From positions 1-60,325 of the forward strand of contig JARGFH010000021.1 in NCBI GenBank assembly GCA_029210695.1: a stretch of 60,325 nt of DNA, written 5' to 3'. Numbering within the stretch: position 1 is the first letter of the stretch; each line of letters starts with the position of its first letter. The DNA is from Acidimicrobiia bacterium. Its GTDB lineage: Bacteria; Actinomycetota; Acidimicrobiia; Spongiisociales; JAHEDJ01. This document shows positions 40,775 to 50,867 of the stretch, in pieces. A program made the position numbers and the translations under genes. The notes beneath the pieces are model-generated. The model ran no database searches. It was not told the origin of the DNA and was given only the letters and a program-made list of their open reading frames with translations.

Positions 40775-40859
40775 TTACGCCGGTGGGCTCCTCCGTGCGG
40801 CGGTCTGGACGTCTTTGACTTGATTCCCGGTGTGGTCTAGATCGCACTAGTTTTCCCCC

Positions 40860-42095
40860 ATGCGCTGGTTGATCGTTCTTTCATTGGTGGTCGCCGCCTG
40901 CTCCGGTCCGGGGCAAGAGGCCATCGTCATTGACACCACCGCACCGGGAGCGGCTACCGGCGTTGCCGGACCTACGCCGGCGACGGCGACCGGAGGCTCT
41001 ACGACTACCACTCAACCTGCGCCGGATACCACAACCGTCACCGGTGTCTCCTCGGATCCGCTGCTGGGTCTTGCATATGAGGAAGTCGCCGCCAATCTGG
41101 GCTTCCCGGTCTTTGTCGACGCCCCCACGGATGATCCGCGGCTGTTCATCGTTTCCAAAGATGGTTACATATGGGTCTGGCGGTCGGGCGCCATCCTCGA
41201 GGATCCGTTCCTCGATATCTCGGATCTTGTGCGCGATGAGGGCGAGCAGGGACTGCTCGGGCTTGCCTTCGATCCTTCCTTCGCAGACACCGGGCGGTTC
41301 TTTGTCCACTACTCCGACGCCCGGGGTGACACCGTGCTCGCCTCGTACCACGTCTCTGCGGATCCCGACCGCGCCGACCCTGCCTCGGGCGAGATCCTGT
41401 TTGAAGCCGACCAGCCGGCCTCCAACCACAACGGTGGAATGCTGACGTTCGGGCCCGGCGGGTTTCTATATCTGGCACTTGGCGACGGCGGCCGCTCCAA
41501 CGACGCGTTTGGAAACGGTCAGCGGAGCGACACCGTTTTCGGGGCGATCCTCCGCTTCGAAGTCGACCCGTTCGGACCCGCCCCCGGCAACCAGTTCGAT
41601 GAGGTGTGGTCGTACGGGCTCCGCAACCCGTGGCGCTTTTCCTTCGACACCGACCTGATCTACATCGCAGACGTCGGTCAGAACACCTATGAGGAGATCG
41701 ACGTTGCACCGGCATCACGGCAGGGCCTCAACTTCGGCTGGCCGCTCACGGAAGGGCTGCACTGCTTTGCCCCTCCGAGCGGATGCGACGTAGATGGTCT
41801 CACGCTGCCGGTCCTCGAGGTGACCCACGGTGACGGTGGAGCATGCTCCATCACCGGTGGGTACGTGTACCGCGGCAGTGAGATCCCGGAACTCACCGGT
41901 CACTATTTCTACTCGGACTACTGCGGCGGATGGCTGCGCAGTTTCGTCTGGGATGGATCGGCGGTCACGCAACCGACAGACTGGACGGACGACCTTGGGA
42001 CCCTCGGCGCGGTGACTTCGTTCGGTACGGATGCCTTCGGTGAGCTCTACGTGACGGCAGGCAAATCGGTCTACAAGATCGTCCCGGTCCGTTGA
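40860..42095 (+). CDS. PQQ-dependent sugar dehydrogenase (GSDH family) lipoprotein
   Basis: VAAC lipobox, EQGLLGLAF, NHNGG, GLRNPWRFSFD, DVGQ. Confidence 0.9.
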   Translation: MRWLIVLSLVVAACSGPGQEAIVIDTTAPGAATGVAGPTPATATGGSTTTTQPAPDTTTVTGVSSDPLLGLAYEEVAANLGFPVFVDAPTDDPRLFIVSKDGYIWVWRSGAILEDPFLDISDLVRDEGEQGLLGLAFDPSFADTGRFFVHYSDARGDTVLASYHVSADPDRADPASGEILFEADQPASNHNGGMLTFGPGGFLYLALGDGGRSNDAFGNGQRSDTVFGAILRFEVDPFGPAPGNQFDEVWSYGLRNPWRFSFDTDLIYIADVGQNTYEEIDVAPASRQGLNFGWPLTEGLHCFAPPSGCDVDGLTLPVLEVTHGDGGACSITGGYVYRGSEIPELTGHYFYSDYCGGWLRSFVWDGSAVTQPTDWTDDLGTLGAVTSFGTDAFGELYVTAGKSVYKIVPVR

Positions 42096-42769
42096 TCCTC
42101 AACCGTTCCGCGCCAGGCCAGGCTCGGATCGGCTCCGGAGGGAGGCCAGTAGCGGTCGCGCCGGTATGCCCAGTACTCGAAGGGGTTGTCGTAGTAAGCG
42201 ATCGTGAAGATCGCCTTTGCAACTGAGCGTTTGGTCAAGAGGCCAACGAGCAGACCGCCGACCGCGCCAACAACTGCCCACCCCCCGTACAGCGCGGGAA
42301 ACAGCGGGCCGAACCAGCGGTGCTGCCACACGTGCAACATCTCATGGCGATCGATGAGGAGGCGCCGGCGCGGTCCGCTTGCCCCGTCGAGTCCGTTGAG
42401 CCCATCTGCGTTGGTGATCACATTGCCGACGGTGGTCGCAAAGCTCCGCTTGAGTCGATAGCCGCCCTCGTAAACGTGGCGGCCGCGCCTCCGGCTGAGA
42501 TCCTTCCGGTAGTTCCCGGAAGGCAGCACCCTCTGGACTAGGTGCAGCACCAGGGAACCTGCGGTTCCGATCAACCCCCAGGATGAGTCGAGGGCATACC
42601 CGCCCCATCCGCCTGCGGTCCGCCAATCGTAGATTGCCCGGCTGCCGGAGATGAGGCCGTTGAGCCCTCCGATCACCGCCGTTGCCGGCGCCAGGCCGAG
42701 CGGAAGGCCGGCGATCCAGGCGAGTCCGGCTCCGCCTGCCCCGGTCAGAATCGCTTCGAGCCAAGGCAC
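42071..42769 (-). CDS. membrane protein with HExxH metallopeptidase-like motif
   Basis: HEMLHVWQ and NPFE; GTG start overlaps the upstream TAG. Confidence 0.7.
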   Translation of the reverse strand: MPWLEAILTGAGGAGLAWIAGLPLGLAPATAVIGGLNGLISGSRAIYDWRTAGGWGGYALDSSWGLIGTAGSLVLHLVQRVLPSGNYRKDLSRRRGRHVYEGGYRLKRSFATTVGNVITNADGLNGLDGASGPRRRLLIDRHEMLHVWQHRWFGPLFPALYGGWAVVGAVGGLLVGLLTKRSVAKAIFTIAYYDNPFEYWAYRRDRYWPPSGADPSLAWRGTVEDQRTGTIL

Positions 42770-43593
42770 TAGAGGAGGCCCTTGTGGGCCAGCGACAGCA
42801 CATCCATCGTTCCGGCGATGGTGATGTGGAGTGCAGCCCCCCACCAGACCGAGCGCGTCTTCAGGCTCATCGTTCCCAGGATCGTGCCTCCGAAGATCGC
42901 GCCGATGGCTTCCAGGAGCGGCTTGCGAAAGTGGATCATCGTGTAGGGGACAACCATGATGATCACGGCCATGTAGCCGAACCGATGCTTGAGTCCGTGC
43001 ACCATGAATCCGCGAAAGAAAAACTCGAGTGCGATGAACTGCAGAGCGTAAAGGAGCCACCAGATCCACAAATAGGGCCAGAAGGGCTCTCCTGGTGCCA
43101 GATCGTAGAACGGGTACTTCGCCTGAAATGCCCCGGTGAACGAAACCGCCACGATGATGGGGATGCTGAAGGCCAGGAGGCCGAGGTAGACGGGAGCGTG
43201 TTTGATCGAACGGGCAGCGCCGAAGTCGGCCGGTCGGCCGCGCAGCCCGTATCGAATCGCCACGAGGGGAAGGGCGACGTACGCCGAGATCTGAATCACT
43301 GCCCACCAGGCGAGCCGGTTGAACCCGGCAGTTCCCGATGTCGTGAAGGCCGCGGTCGGGCCGTCAACGCCGATGCTTCCGGCCAGTCCGGCCATCCACT
43401 GCCAATCGGTGCCGAAGTTGGTGATCATCAGCACAACCACGGACGTGATGAGCACGATCGTTGCCCGGCGGTCGGCGTCGACCGAAGGCGTATTGATCCG
43501 GTAGACGTCGGACGCCCCATCGGTTTCCCGGCGGGTCGCCGTGACGTAGGTGTGCCACATGGTTCGGGCTCTGGTCGGTGCCGTGATCTGCAT
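42769..43593 (-). CDS. CPBP (CAAX/Abi) intramembrane glutamic protease
   Basis: LEFFFRG, IHFRKP, ALH motifs; multi-TM. Confidence 0.85.
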   Translation of the reverse strand: MQITAPTRARTMWHTYVTATRRETDGASDVYRINTPSVDADRRATIVLITSVVVLMITNFGTDWQWMAGLAGSIGVDGPTAAFTTSGTAGFNRLAWWAVIQISAYVALPLVAIRYGLRGRPADFGAARSIKHAPVYLGLLAFSIPIIVAVSFTGAFQAKYPFYDLAPGEPFWPYLWIWWLLYALQFIALEFFFRGFMVHGLKHRFGYMAVIIMVVPYTMIHFRKPLLEAIGAIFGGTILGTMSLKTRSVWWGAALHITIAGTMDVLSLAHKGLL

Positions 43594-43730
43594 CGGTGGG
43601 GGAGGGTAGTGAGCCGTTGCCGCCGGGTGCGGAATGCGCTCGGCCGTCGGAGCTCAGAACGCGGAACCTGGCACTTGGATATTGCGTGTCTCGCCCGCTT
43701 GCTACGCTCCGCGTCGATGAAAGGATTCCG

Positions 43731-45410
43731 TTGATCGAGCGCGAGTTTGCAGGCAGAGTGATCGGAACCGACGATGCCACTCCGTTGGAGTTCTGGGTGA
43801 GCGTGGCGGAAGGGCAGTACCTTCAGCTCGATGATGTGGTGGCGCTCGAACGCACCCTTCCCGATGGAGAGATCGTGAAGATCTACGGCATGGTCGGCCA
43901 GGTCCGGGCCCGTCATGAAGGTGCGCGGTTCGACTCGGATGTGTTCCTCATTGAGGATGGTCTGCTGCCGGCGGAGGTGTCGGAGTCCGCCCAGGTGACG
44001 GCGACCCGCTTCGAGCCGGAGGTTTTCGTGCCCCCGCGGCCCGGCCAGGAAGTGCGGCGCGCACGCGGTGAGGAGCGGGATGAGGCGCTGTTCTTCGACA
44101 AGATGACGGAGCGCCTCCCGATCGGGTTGTCGCGCAGCGGCGAGGTGTTCTACGCCAACCTGGAGTTCCTCGACGGCCGCCGGGGAGCGCACGTCAATAT
44201 CTCCGGTATTTCCGGCGTTGCTACCAAGACGACGTATGCGACGTTCTTGCTCCATTCCCTGTTCGGCTCCGGTGTGCTCGGTGCAAGATCTGTCAATACG
44301 AAGGCGCTCATCTTCAACGTGAAAGGCGAAGATCTCCTCTTCCTCGACCGACCCAATGTGGCCCTCGATGACACCCAGGCAGATCGCTATCTCCTGCTGG
44401 GCTTGCCTGCCGAGCCATTTCGGTCGGTAGGGATATTCGCCCCACCCCGGCGCGGGTCGACCACCGGGGCTCCGGATGTCAATGCCCGCACCGAGGGCGT
44501 GACCTCCTTCTACTGGAGCCTGGCGGAGTTCTGCCACGACGACCTGCTGCCATTCCTGTTTGCGGACTCGGAGGACGACAGAGCTCACTACACGATGGTC
44601 GTCTACAACGTCATGGCGCAGTTGCGGCGGGCTTCCAAGCTAGACGATGGTGGGGTCGTCATCGAGGGAACCACCGTCCGGACCTTTCGTGAGCTGGCCG
44701 ACCTCATCACCCTGCGAGTTCAGGACGAGGAGGAGCGCTACCAGTGGGCCGGCCCGGCCATCGGGACGGGCACCGTCAACGCCTTTGTGCGTCGTCTCCA
44801 GGGGGCGGTTCGCCACGTCGAAGGATTGATAAGAGCTGATCTCCCGAATCCAGAGCGTCACCGGGTGGCCCTCGACCATCAGGTGACGGTCGTCGACCTG
44901 CACAACCTCCACGACCGGGCCAAGCGGTTCGTCGTCGGCGTGACCGTGCGGCGAGCGTTCGACGACAAGGAGAAGGCAGGGCAGTCGGACGAACTGCTGA
45001 TGATCGTGCTCGATGAGCTGAACAAGTATGCCCCGAGGGAGGGCTCGAGCCCCATCAAAGAGATCCTGCTCGATGTTGCCGAACGCGGCCGATCGCTCGG
45101 TGTGATCCTCATCGGAGCACAGCAGACGGCCTCAGAGGTCGAGCGACGGATCATCGCCAACTCCTCGATCCGCGTGGTCGGAAGGCTGGATTCCGCCGAA
45201 GCGTCCCGCGATGAATACGGGTTCTTGCCCTCGGTACAGCGACAGCGGGCCACGATCCTCAAGCCCGGCACCATGCTGGTCACGCAACCCGAAATCCCTG
45301 TTCCGCTGGTTCTCGAGTTCCCGTTCCCGGCCTGGGCGACGCGAGCCAGCGAAGCCGGCCCGGCGCCTGCCGGTGACCAACCAGACGACCCGTTCGAAGG
45401 GTTGACCTAG
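43731..45410 (+). CDS. herA: HerA-family ATPase/DNA translocase
   Basis: HAS-barrel-like N-terminus, Walker A variant GISGVATKT, IVLDE, RGRSLG, QQ; AAGGA SD before TTG. Confidence 0.85.
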   Translation: MIEREFAGRVIGTDDATPLEFWVSVAEGQYLQLDDVVALERTLPDGEIVKIYGMVGQVRARHEGARFDSDVFLIEDGLLPAEVSESAQVTATRFEPEVFVPPRPGQEVRRARGEERDEALFFDKMTERLPIGLSRSGEVFYANLEFLDGRRGAHVNISGISGVATKTTYATFLLHSLFGSGVLGARSVNTKALIFNVKGEDLLFLDRPNVALDDTQADRYLLLGLPAEPFRSVGIFAPPRRGSTTGAPDVNARTEGVTSFYWSLAEFCHDDLLPFLFADSEDDRAHYTMVVYNVMAQLRRASKLDDGGVVIEGTTVRTFRELADLITLRVQDEEERYQWAGPAIGTGTVNAFVRRLQGAVRHVEGLIRADLPNPERHRVALDHQVTVVDLHNLHDRAKRFVVGVTVRRAFDDKEKAGQSDELLMIVLDELNKYAPREGSSPIKEILLDVAERGRSLGVILIGAQQTASEVERRIIANSSIRVVGRLDSAEASRDEYGFLPSVQRQRATILKPGTMLVTQPEIPVPLVLEFPFPAWATRASEAGPAPAGDQPDDPFEGLT

Positions 45411-45459
45411 TTTCTCCGCAATGCTGTGCATCGTGGTGATGCATTCCATTGCTGAGAAA
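45411..45459. repeat. REP-like palindrome / terminator after herA
   Basis: TTTCTCCGCAATG...TGCATC/GATGCA...CATTGCTGAGAAA. Confidence 0.6.
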
Positions 45460-45476
45460 GTGGGGAGGAAGGGGCG

Positions 45477-46646
45477 ATGAGACGGATTACCACCGCGGAC
45501 CGAAGAGCACGGCTGGTCGCCCGCCACCACCTCGGCCTGCCGGCCGCCGGGGTCGATGCCGTGGCCGCCGGCCTGGTCGGCTTCCATTCGAGCGATCCCG
45601 TGAGCGTCTATCTATCGGCCTGGGCCCGGGTAGACGGGTTTGTGGCGGCCGATCTGGAATCGGCGCTCTACGAACGGAAGTCGCTGGTGCGCATGCTGGG
45701 AATGCGCCGAACACTGTTCGTAGTGCCCACCGATCTGGCGTCGATCATGGACATAGCGTGTGCACGGCAACTGGCCTCCGCAGAGCGGCGCCGGCTCGTC
45801 GGCATGATCGAAGATCAGAATGTGGCGAGAGACGGAAATCGCTGGTTGTCAGACGTAGAGGGCGCAACGATGGCCGCGCTGCAAGAACTCGGCGAGGCGA
45901 CTGCGACTGAGTTGACAGTCCTTGTCCCGGAACTGGGCGAGAAACTCATGTTCGGGGAAGGCAAATCGTGGGGCGGGCCGGTCGGGGTTTCGACCCGGGT
46001 GTTGTTCATGCTGGCCACCACCGGCCGGATCCTGCGGGGGCGTCCGCGCGGGACCTGGAAATCGAGCCAGTATCGCTGGGCGCCAACCAACGGATGGCTG
46101 AAAGGAGGGCTCGACGAGGTCGAGGCCGACTGGGCGGAAACGGAGTTGTTGCGGAGGTGGTTGGATTCGTACGGTCCCGGGACGATGACCGATCTGCGGT
46201 GGTGGGCGGGTTGGACGCTGGCCAAGACGCGGCGTGCACTCGCCCGGTTGGACGTCGAGGAAGTCGCGCTCGACACCGGGACCGGCCTGGTGCTGGCCGA
46301 TGATCTCGACCCGGTCGACCCTCCGGAACCATCGATTGCCCTCTTACCCGGATTGGATCCGTCGGTAATGGGATGGAACGAACGGGAGTGGTTCCTCAGT
46401 GGTCACCAGGCGCAACTGTTTGATACCAACGGCAACGCCGGCCCGACCGTGTGGGTCGACGGGCGCGTCGTCGGCGGGTGGGCGCAGCGAGCCGATGGTG
46501 AGATTGCGGTGAAACTCCTCGAGGACGTTGGAGCAGAGGCCACCGGAGCGGTGGCGATGGAGGCTCACCGGTTGACCGCCTGGCTCGGTGACCTCCGCAT
46601 CAAGCCGCGCTTCCGGGTGCCGCTCGAGCGGAAACTATCGAGCTAG
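45477..46646 (+). CDS. AlkZ/YcaQ-family (HTH_42) DNA glycosylase
   Basis: HSSDP, MRRTLF, YGP.T..D..WWAG, LLPGLD, GRVVGGW. Confidence 0.85.
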   Translation: MRRITTADRRARLVARHHLGLPAAGVDAVAAGLVGFHSSDPVSVYLSAWARVDGFVAADLESALYERKSLVRMLGMRRTLFVVPTDLASIMDIACARQLASAERRRLVGMIEDQNVARDGNRWLSDVEGATMAALQELGEATATELTVLVPELGEKLMFGEGKSWGGPVGVSTRVLFMLATTGRILRGRPRGTWKSSQYRWAPTNGWLKGGLDEVEADWAETELLRRWLDSYGPGTMTDLRWWAGWTLAKTRRALARLDVEEVALDTGTGLVLADDLDPVDPPEPSIALLPGLDPSVMGWNEREWFLSGHQAQLFDTNGNAGPTVWVDGRVVGGWAQRADGEIAVKLLEDVGAEATGAVAMEAHRLTAWLGDLRIKPRFRVPLERKLSS

Positions 46647-46660
46647 CCCCCGTGGTTGTC

Positions 46661-46716
46661 CCGTTGTTGCGTCGGTTCTGGGCGGCGGTATGCGCGCTTG
46701 AGCGACGCAAGAACGG
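46661..46716. repeat. REP-like imperfect palindrome
   Basis: CCGTTGTTGCGTCG.../...CGACGCAAGAACGG. Confidence 0.65.
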
Positions 46717-46732
46717 AGGGTAGGTTTCTCGG

Positions 46733-47200
46733 GTGACGCGCATCCTCACCGTTTGTCTAGGGAACATCTGCCGCTCTCCGGCCGCCGAAGCGGCCATTCG
46801 TGCCGCGGCCGCCGATGCCGGGTTAGAGGCCGAGGTGGACTCGGCCGGAACCGGCAGATATCACATCGGCGATCCACCTCATCCACGTTCTCAGGCAGCC
46901 GGGGCCGCAGCCGGGTTGACCGTCGAGGGTCGAGCCCGCCAGGTCCGCCTCGAGGATTTCGAGGAGTTCGACGTGATCGTGGCGATGGACCACACCAATC
47001 TCGAAGACCTGCGCAGAATGGCTCCATCCGCCGACGGCCTCGCCAAGGTTCACCTCTTCCGTGACTTCGATCCCGAATCGGTGGGAGAGGAAGTCCCGGA
47101 TCCCTACTACGGCACGGATGAGGACTACCGGGAGATGATCGATCTCATTCTTCCCGCCGCCCGCGGGCTCATCACCCGGCTGCAGGGGTCGGACAGCTGA
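46733..47200 (+). CDS. low molecular weight protein-tyrosine phosphatase
   Basis: VCLGNICRS and DPYY. Confidence 0.95.
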   Translation: MTRILTVCLGNICRSPAAEAAIRAAAADAGLEAEVDSAGTGRYHIGDPPHPRSQAAGAAAGLTVEGRARQVRLEDFEEFDVIVAMDHTNLEDLRRMAPSADGLAKVHLFRDFDPESVGEEVPDPYYGTDEDYREMIDLILPAARGLITRLQGSDS

Positions 47201-47223
47201 GCTGGGCGACGGTACGCCGGGCG

Positions 47224-47928
47224 ATGGTCGACGATCGATCGGTTGCGATCAAGACGACGGCCTACGACGCCCGCCTCGAGGCGGACGGGCTCCGGCGATT
47301 GGCCTCGGCAGGCGCGCCGGTCCCCGAAGTGTTGAGCGTCGACCGCGGTGAGCTGGTCATGACCTGGGTGTCGGGAACCCCGGGTTGGGAAGCGCTCGGG
47401 GCGACGCTCGCCAACGTCCATCGTGCAACCGCCGACGGATTCGGATACGAGATAGACAACGTGATTGGCTCTCTCCCGCAGCCGAATCCGTGGACGGCTT
47501 CCTGGGGTGTGTTTTTCGCCGAGAGCCGGGTACTGGTTCATCTCAATGATCGTTCGGTACCTGATCGGTTACGCCGCCGCCTCCTGGTCGCCTGTGAAGG
47601 GCCAATCATCGAATTGCTCGAAGCCCACCATCCGGAACCGAGTCTCGTCCACGGGGATATCTGGTCCGGGAACATTGTCGACGGTGCCTACCTGATCGAT
47701 CCGGCCGTGTCGTTCTCTGATCGTGAAGTAGAACTGGCCTTCATGGCGGTATTCGGTGGAATTCCGCAGGCGATGTGGAACGGGTACCTCGCAGCCTGGC
47801 CACTCGCAGACGGATGGGAGCACCGGCGGCCGGCTCTCCAACTGCACCACCTCCTCGTGCACGTTCGCCTGTTCGGCGGTGGCTACGTTCGGATGGTCGA
47901 GGAACGGCTCGATCAACTCGGCTGGTGA
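47224..47928 (+). CDS. fructosamine kinase family protein
   Basis: EADGL, HGDIWSGN, IDPA, MAVFGG; paired with the LMW-PTP. Confidence 0.88.
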   Translation: MVDDRSVAIKTTAYDARLEADGLRRLASAGAPVPEVLSVDRGELVMTWVSGTPGWEALGATLANVHRATADGFGYEIDNVIGSLPQPNPWTASWGVFFAESRVLVHLNDRSVPDRLRRRLLVACEGPIIELLEAHHPEPSLVHGDIWSGNIVDGAYLIDPAVSFSDREVELAFMAVFGGIPQAMWNGYLAAWPLADGWEHRRPALQLHHLLVHVRLFGGGYVRMVEERLDQLGW

Positions 47929-47930
47929 GG

Positions 47931-48623
47931 TCAGATCAGGCCGGCGTCGGCCAGCCAAGCATTGAAGAACCGGAGTGCCCGCTCCTCGAGTGCGACGTCG
48001 TGTTGCTGCACCTGCCGCAGGAACTCGTCCGGGTCGACCCCGGCCTCCCTGAAGAGATCGTCGGTGTCGTGCTCCAGCCAGGTCGCCACAATCGCAGAAT
48101 CGACTTCCGGATGGAACTGCACTGCCAGGGCCGACCCGACCCGGAACGCGTGCGGGTAACTGGTCGAGGCGAGCAACTGCGCACCGTCCGGCAGGGAAAA
48201 CGTGTCCTCGTGCACCGCCACCATCGGTCCGCCCAGCGCCATCATGATGGGATCGCGTTCACCGACGGCTGTGAAAGTGAAATCCACCAGGCCAATCTCG
48301 GGGAGGTCCGCTTTGAAGGCTCGACCACCCATGGCCGCGGCAACGACTTGCGCACCAAGACAGATCCCCAGCACCGGGATGCCGGCGCCGATCACCGTGC
48401 GAAGGAACTCCATCTCTTCAACCAGGAACGGATTCGCTTCGATCTCGTAGGCCCCGATGGCGCCCCCGAGGACGACGACGGCGGGTGAGCGAGACGGGTC
48501 GGGGAGCTGCTCGCCGTCGGCGACCCGGATGACGTCCCAGTCGACACGGTTCGCATCGAGGGCGGTGGCGAGATGCCCCGGACCGGTGTCTTCGAGATGG
48601 AGGAGAACCGAGACGGCCGACAT
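47931..48623 (-). CDS. class I glutamine amidotransferase-like protein
   Basis: VLGG, GICLGAQ nucleophile elbow, QFHPE. Confidence 0.9.
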   Translation of the reverse strand: MSAVSVLLHLEDTGPGHLATALDANRVDWDVIRVADGEQLPDPSRSPAVVVLGGAIGAYEIEANPFLVEEMEFLRTVIGAGIPVLGICLGAQVVAAAMGGRAFKADLPEIGLVDFTFTAVGERDPIMMALGGPMVAVHEDTFSLPDGAQLLASTSYPHAFRVGSALAVQFHPEVDSAIVATWLEHDTDDLFREAGVDPDEFLRQVQQHDVALEERALRFFNAWLADAGLI

Positions 48624-48701
48624 GGGTCGATGGTAGACCGCGATCGCCCTCGCCACCGTTCTAGCCTGGCATCGACGGCGCAGACCATCGTTGGAGGTTT
48701 C

Positions 48702-50081
48702 ATGGCGGGTATCCGAGGATTGCTGTCGATCGAGGAACTCAAGGTACGTGTCGAGGCCGATGAGATCGACACGGTCGTCGTCGGGTTCACCGATCTCTAC
48801 GGACGGCTGCACGGGAAGCGGTACGACGCCGAGTTCTACGTCGATGAGATCCATTCCACCGGCACGCATGGCTGTGACTATCTCCTGACCGTCGACATGG
48901 AGATGCAGCCGGTGCGAGGGTATGACTACGCCAACTGGGAACTCGGCTACGGCGACTTTCACATGGTGCCGGACCCGGACACCCTCCGGGTCGCAGATTG
49001 GCTGCCGAAGACCGCCATCGTGCTGTGCGACCTCGAAGACGACCGGGTGCACGATCTCGTGACGGTTGCACCTCGCTCGATCCTTCGCAGGCAACTCCAG
49101 CGTGCAAGGGAGATGGGATTGTCGGCCAAGGCGGCGTCAGAACTCGAGTATTTCATCTTCACCGACTCGTATCGAGAGGCCGCCGGGAAGTCCTATGCCG
49201 GGCTACAGCCTGCCGGTTGGTACATCGAGGATTACCACTTGCTGCAGGGGACGCGGGAGGAACCGTACAACGGGGCGGTGCGCAGGCACCTCAGTCGATC
49301 GGGAGTCCCGGTGGAGACCTCCAAGGGAGAGTTCGGACGCGGTCAGCATGAGATGAACATCCGGTATGCGGAGATGCTCGAAATGGCGGATCGTCATGTG
49401 GTCATGAAGCAGTGCATGAAGGAGACCGCAGACGCCCTCGGCATGTCCATCACGTTCATGGCGAAGCCCGACGCGTCTGAAGCCGGCTCCAGTTGTCACC
49501 TCCACGTCAGCCTGTGGGACGGCGACCGCAGCGTGTTCCCCGGTGAGCACCGGATAGGGCCGATCGAAAGTTCGGACGAGTTCCGCTGGTTCCTGGGTGG
49601 CTGGATGGACAAAATGGCGGAACTGATGGTGTTCTACGCGCCCACCGTCAACTCGTACAAGCGCTATCAGGACGGATCGTGGGCGCCGACGCGCATCGCC
49701 TGGAGCTACGACAATCGGACCGCCGGTTTCCGGGTGGTGGGCAAGGGCCAGAGCCTCAGGATCGAGAACCGCATGCCGGGCGGCGACGTCAATCCGTATC
49801 TGGCCTACGCGGCGACGCTGGCCGCCGGACTGGACGGGATCGCCAACCAGATCGAACCGCCGGAGATCTTCGAAGGCGACGTCTACTCGGCGAATGACCT
49901 GCCCCGGGTGCCGCGCTCGCTTCGAGATGCCGTCGAACTGTTCAAGAACAGCGAGTTTGCCGGAGACGCATTCGGGGAGGACGTTCGGCAGCACTACGTC
50001 CACTTCTTCGAGACCGAGCAGGCGGCCTTCGAGAATGCTGTGACCGATTGGGAACGGCAGCGCTACTTCGAACGAATCTGA
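48702..50081 (+). CDS. glutamine synthetase-like gamma-glutamyl-amine ligase (GlnA4/PuuA-like)
   Basis: GCDYLLTVD, SELEY, GQHE, GSSCHLH, SWAPT, DNRT, IENR. Confidence 0.88.
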   Translation: MAGIRGLLSIEELKVRVEADEIDTVVVGFTDLYGRLHGKRYDAEFYVDEIHSTGTHGCDYLLTVDMEMQPVRGYDYANWELGYGDFHMVPDPDTLRVADWLPKTAIVLCDLEDDRVHDLVTVAPRSILRRQLQRAREMGLSAKAASELEYFIFTDSYREAAGKSYAGLQPAGWYIEDYHLLQGTREEPYNGAVRRHLSRSGVPVETSKGEFGRGQHEMNIRYAEMLEMADRHVVMKQCMKETADALGMSITFMAKPDASEAGSSCHLHVSLWDGDRSVFPGEHRIGPIESSDEFRWFLGGWMDKMAELMVFYAPTVNSYKRYQDGSWAPTRIAWSYDNRTAGFRVVGKGQSLRIENRMPGGDVNPYLAYAATLAAGLDGIANQIEPPEIFEGDVYSANDLPRVPRSLRDAVELFKNSEFAGDAFGEDVRQHYVHFFETEQAAFENAVTDWERQRYFERI

Positions 50082-50094
50082 GAAAGGAGCCTCG

Positions 50095-50862
50095 ATGAGA
50101 CTGGACGACAAAGTGGCGTTGATCACCGGTGCCGGCCGCGGTATCGGGCGGGAATCGGCGTTGCTGTTCGCCGCCGAGGGAGCCGCAGTGGTGGCAGTTG
50201 ATATCGACGAGGCATCCGCGGCGGCCACTGCTGCATCTATTGCGGATGGCCGGGCGATTCATGTCAGAGCGGACGTGTCCTCCGCCGACGATTGCCAGGC
50301 CATGGTGGCGGCAGCCGAGCAGGAGTTCGGCAAGCTCAACATCCTGTTCAACAACGCCGGAATCATGGACTCGCGTGATGACGACGCGGTTTCCACCGAA
50401 GAATCGGTGTGGGATCTCACGATGGGAATCAACGCCAAGGGTGTCTTTCTCGGCTGCAAATACGGCATACCCGCCCTTCGCCGCGCCGGCGGCGGTTCGA
50501 TCATCAACACAGCCTCGTTCGTGTCCAAACTGGGCGCTGCCACGCCGCAGGTGGCCTATACCGCGTCAAAGGGAGCGGTACTCAGCTTCACCCGGGAACT
50601 GGCTGTGATCCATGCTCGCGAGAACATCCGGGTGAATGCGCTGTGCCCCGGTCCGTTGCGGACCGAGTTGCTCATGAAGTTCCTCGACACCGACGAGAAG
50701 AAGCAGCGCCGTCTGGTGCATGTGCCGATGGGGAGATTCGGAGAGGCCAGGGAGATGGCCGAAGCTGCCCTCTACCTGGCCTCAGATGAGTCCTCCTACG
50801 TCACCGGCACCGAATTCATGGTCGACGGAGGCATCACGGCTGCCTATGTGACGCCTCAATGA
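50095..50862 (+). CDS. SDR oxidoreductase
   Basis: TGAGRGIG, NNAG, YTASK; typical neighbour of GlnA4-like genes. Confidence 0.93.
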   Translation: MRLDDKVALITGAGRGIGRESALLFAAEGAAVVAVDIDEASAAATAASIADGRAIHVRADVSSADDCQAMVAAAEQEFGKLNILFNNAGIMDSRDDDAVSTEESVWDLTMGINAKGVFLGCKYGIPALRRAGGGSIINTASFVSKLGAATPQVAYTASKGAVLSFTRELAVIHARENIRVNALCPGPLRTELLMKFLDTDEKKQRRLVHVPMGRFGEAREMAEAALYLASDESSYVTGTEFMVDGGITAAYVTPQ

Positions 50863-50867
50863 AGAAC

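Noticed and set aside
43731..45410. HerA as part of an antiphage Sir2/DUF4297-HerA system
   Set aside because: No such partner adjacent; NurA, Mre11 and Rad50 nearby explain it better
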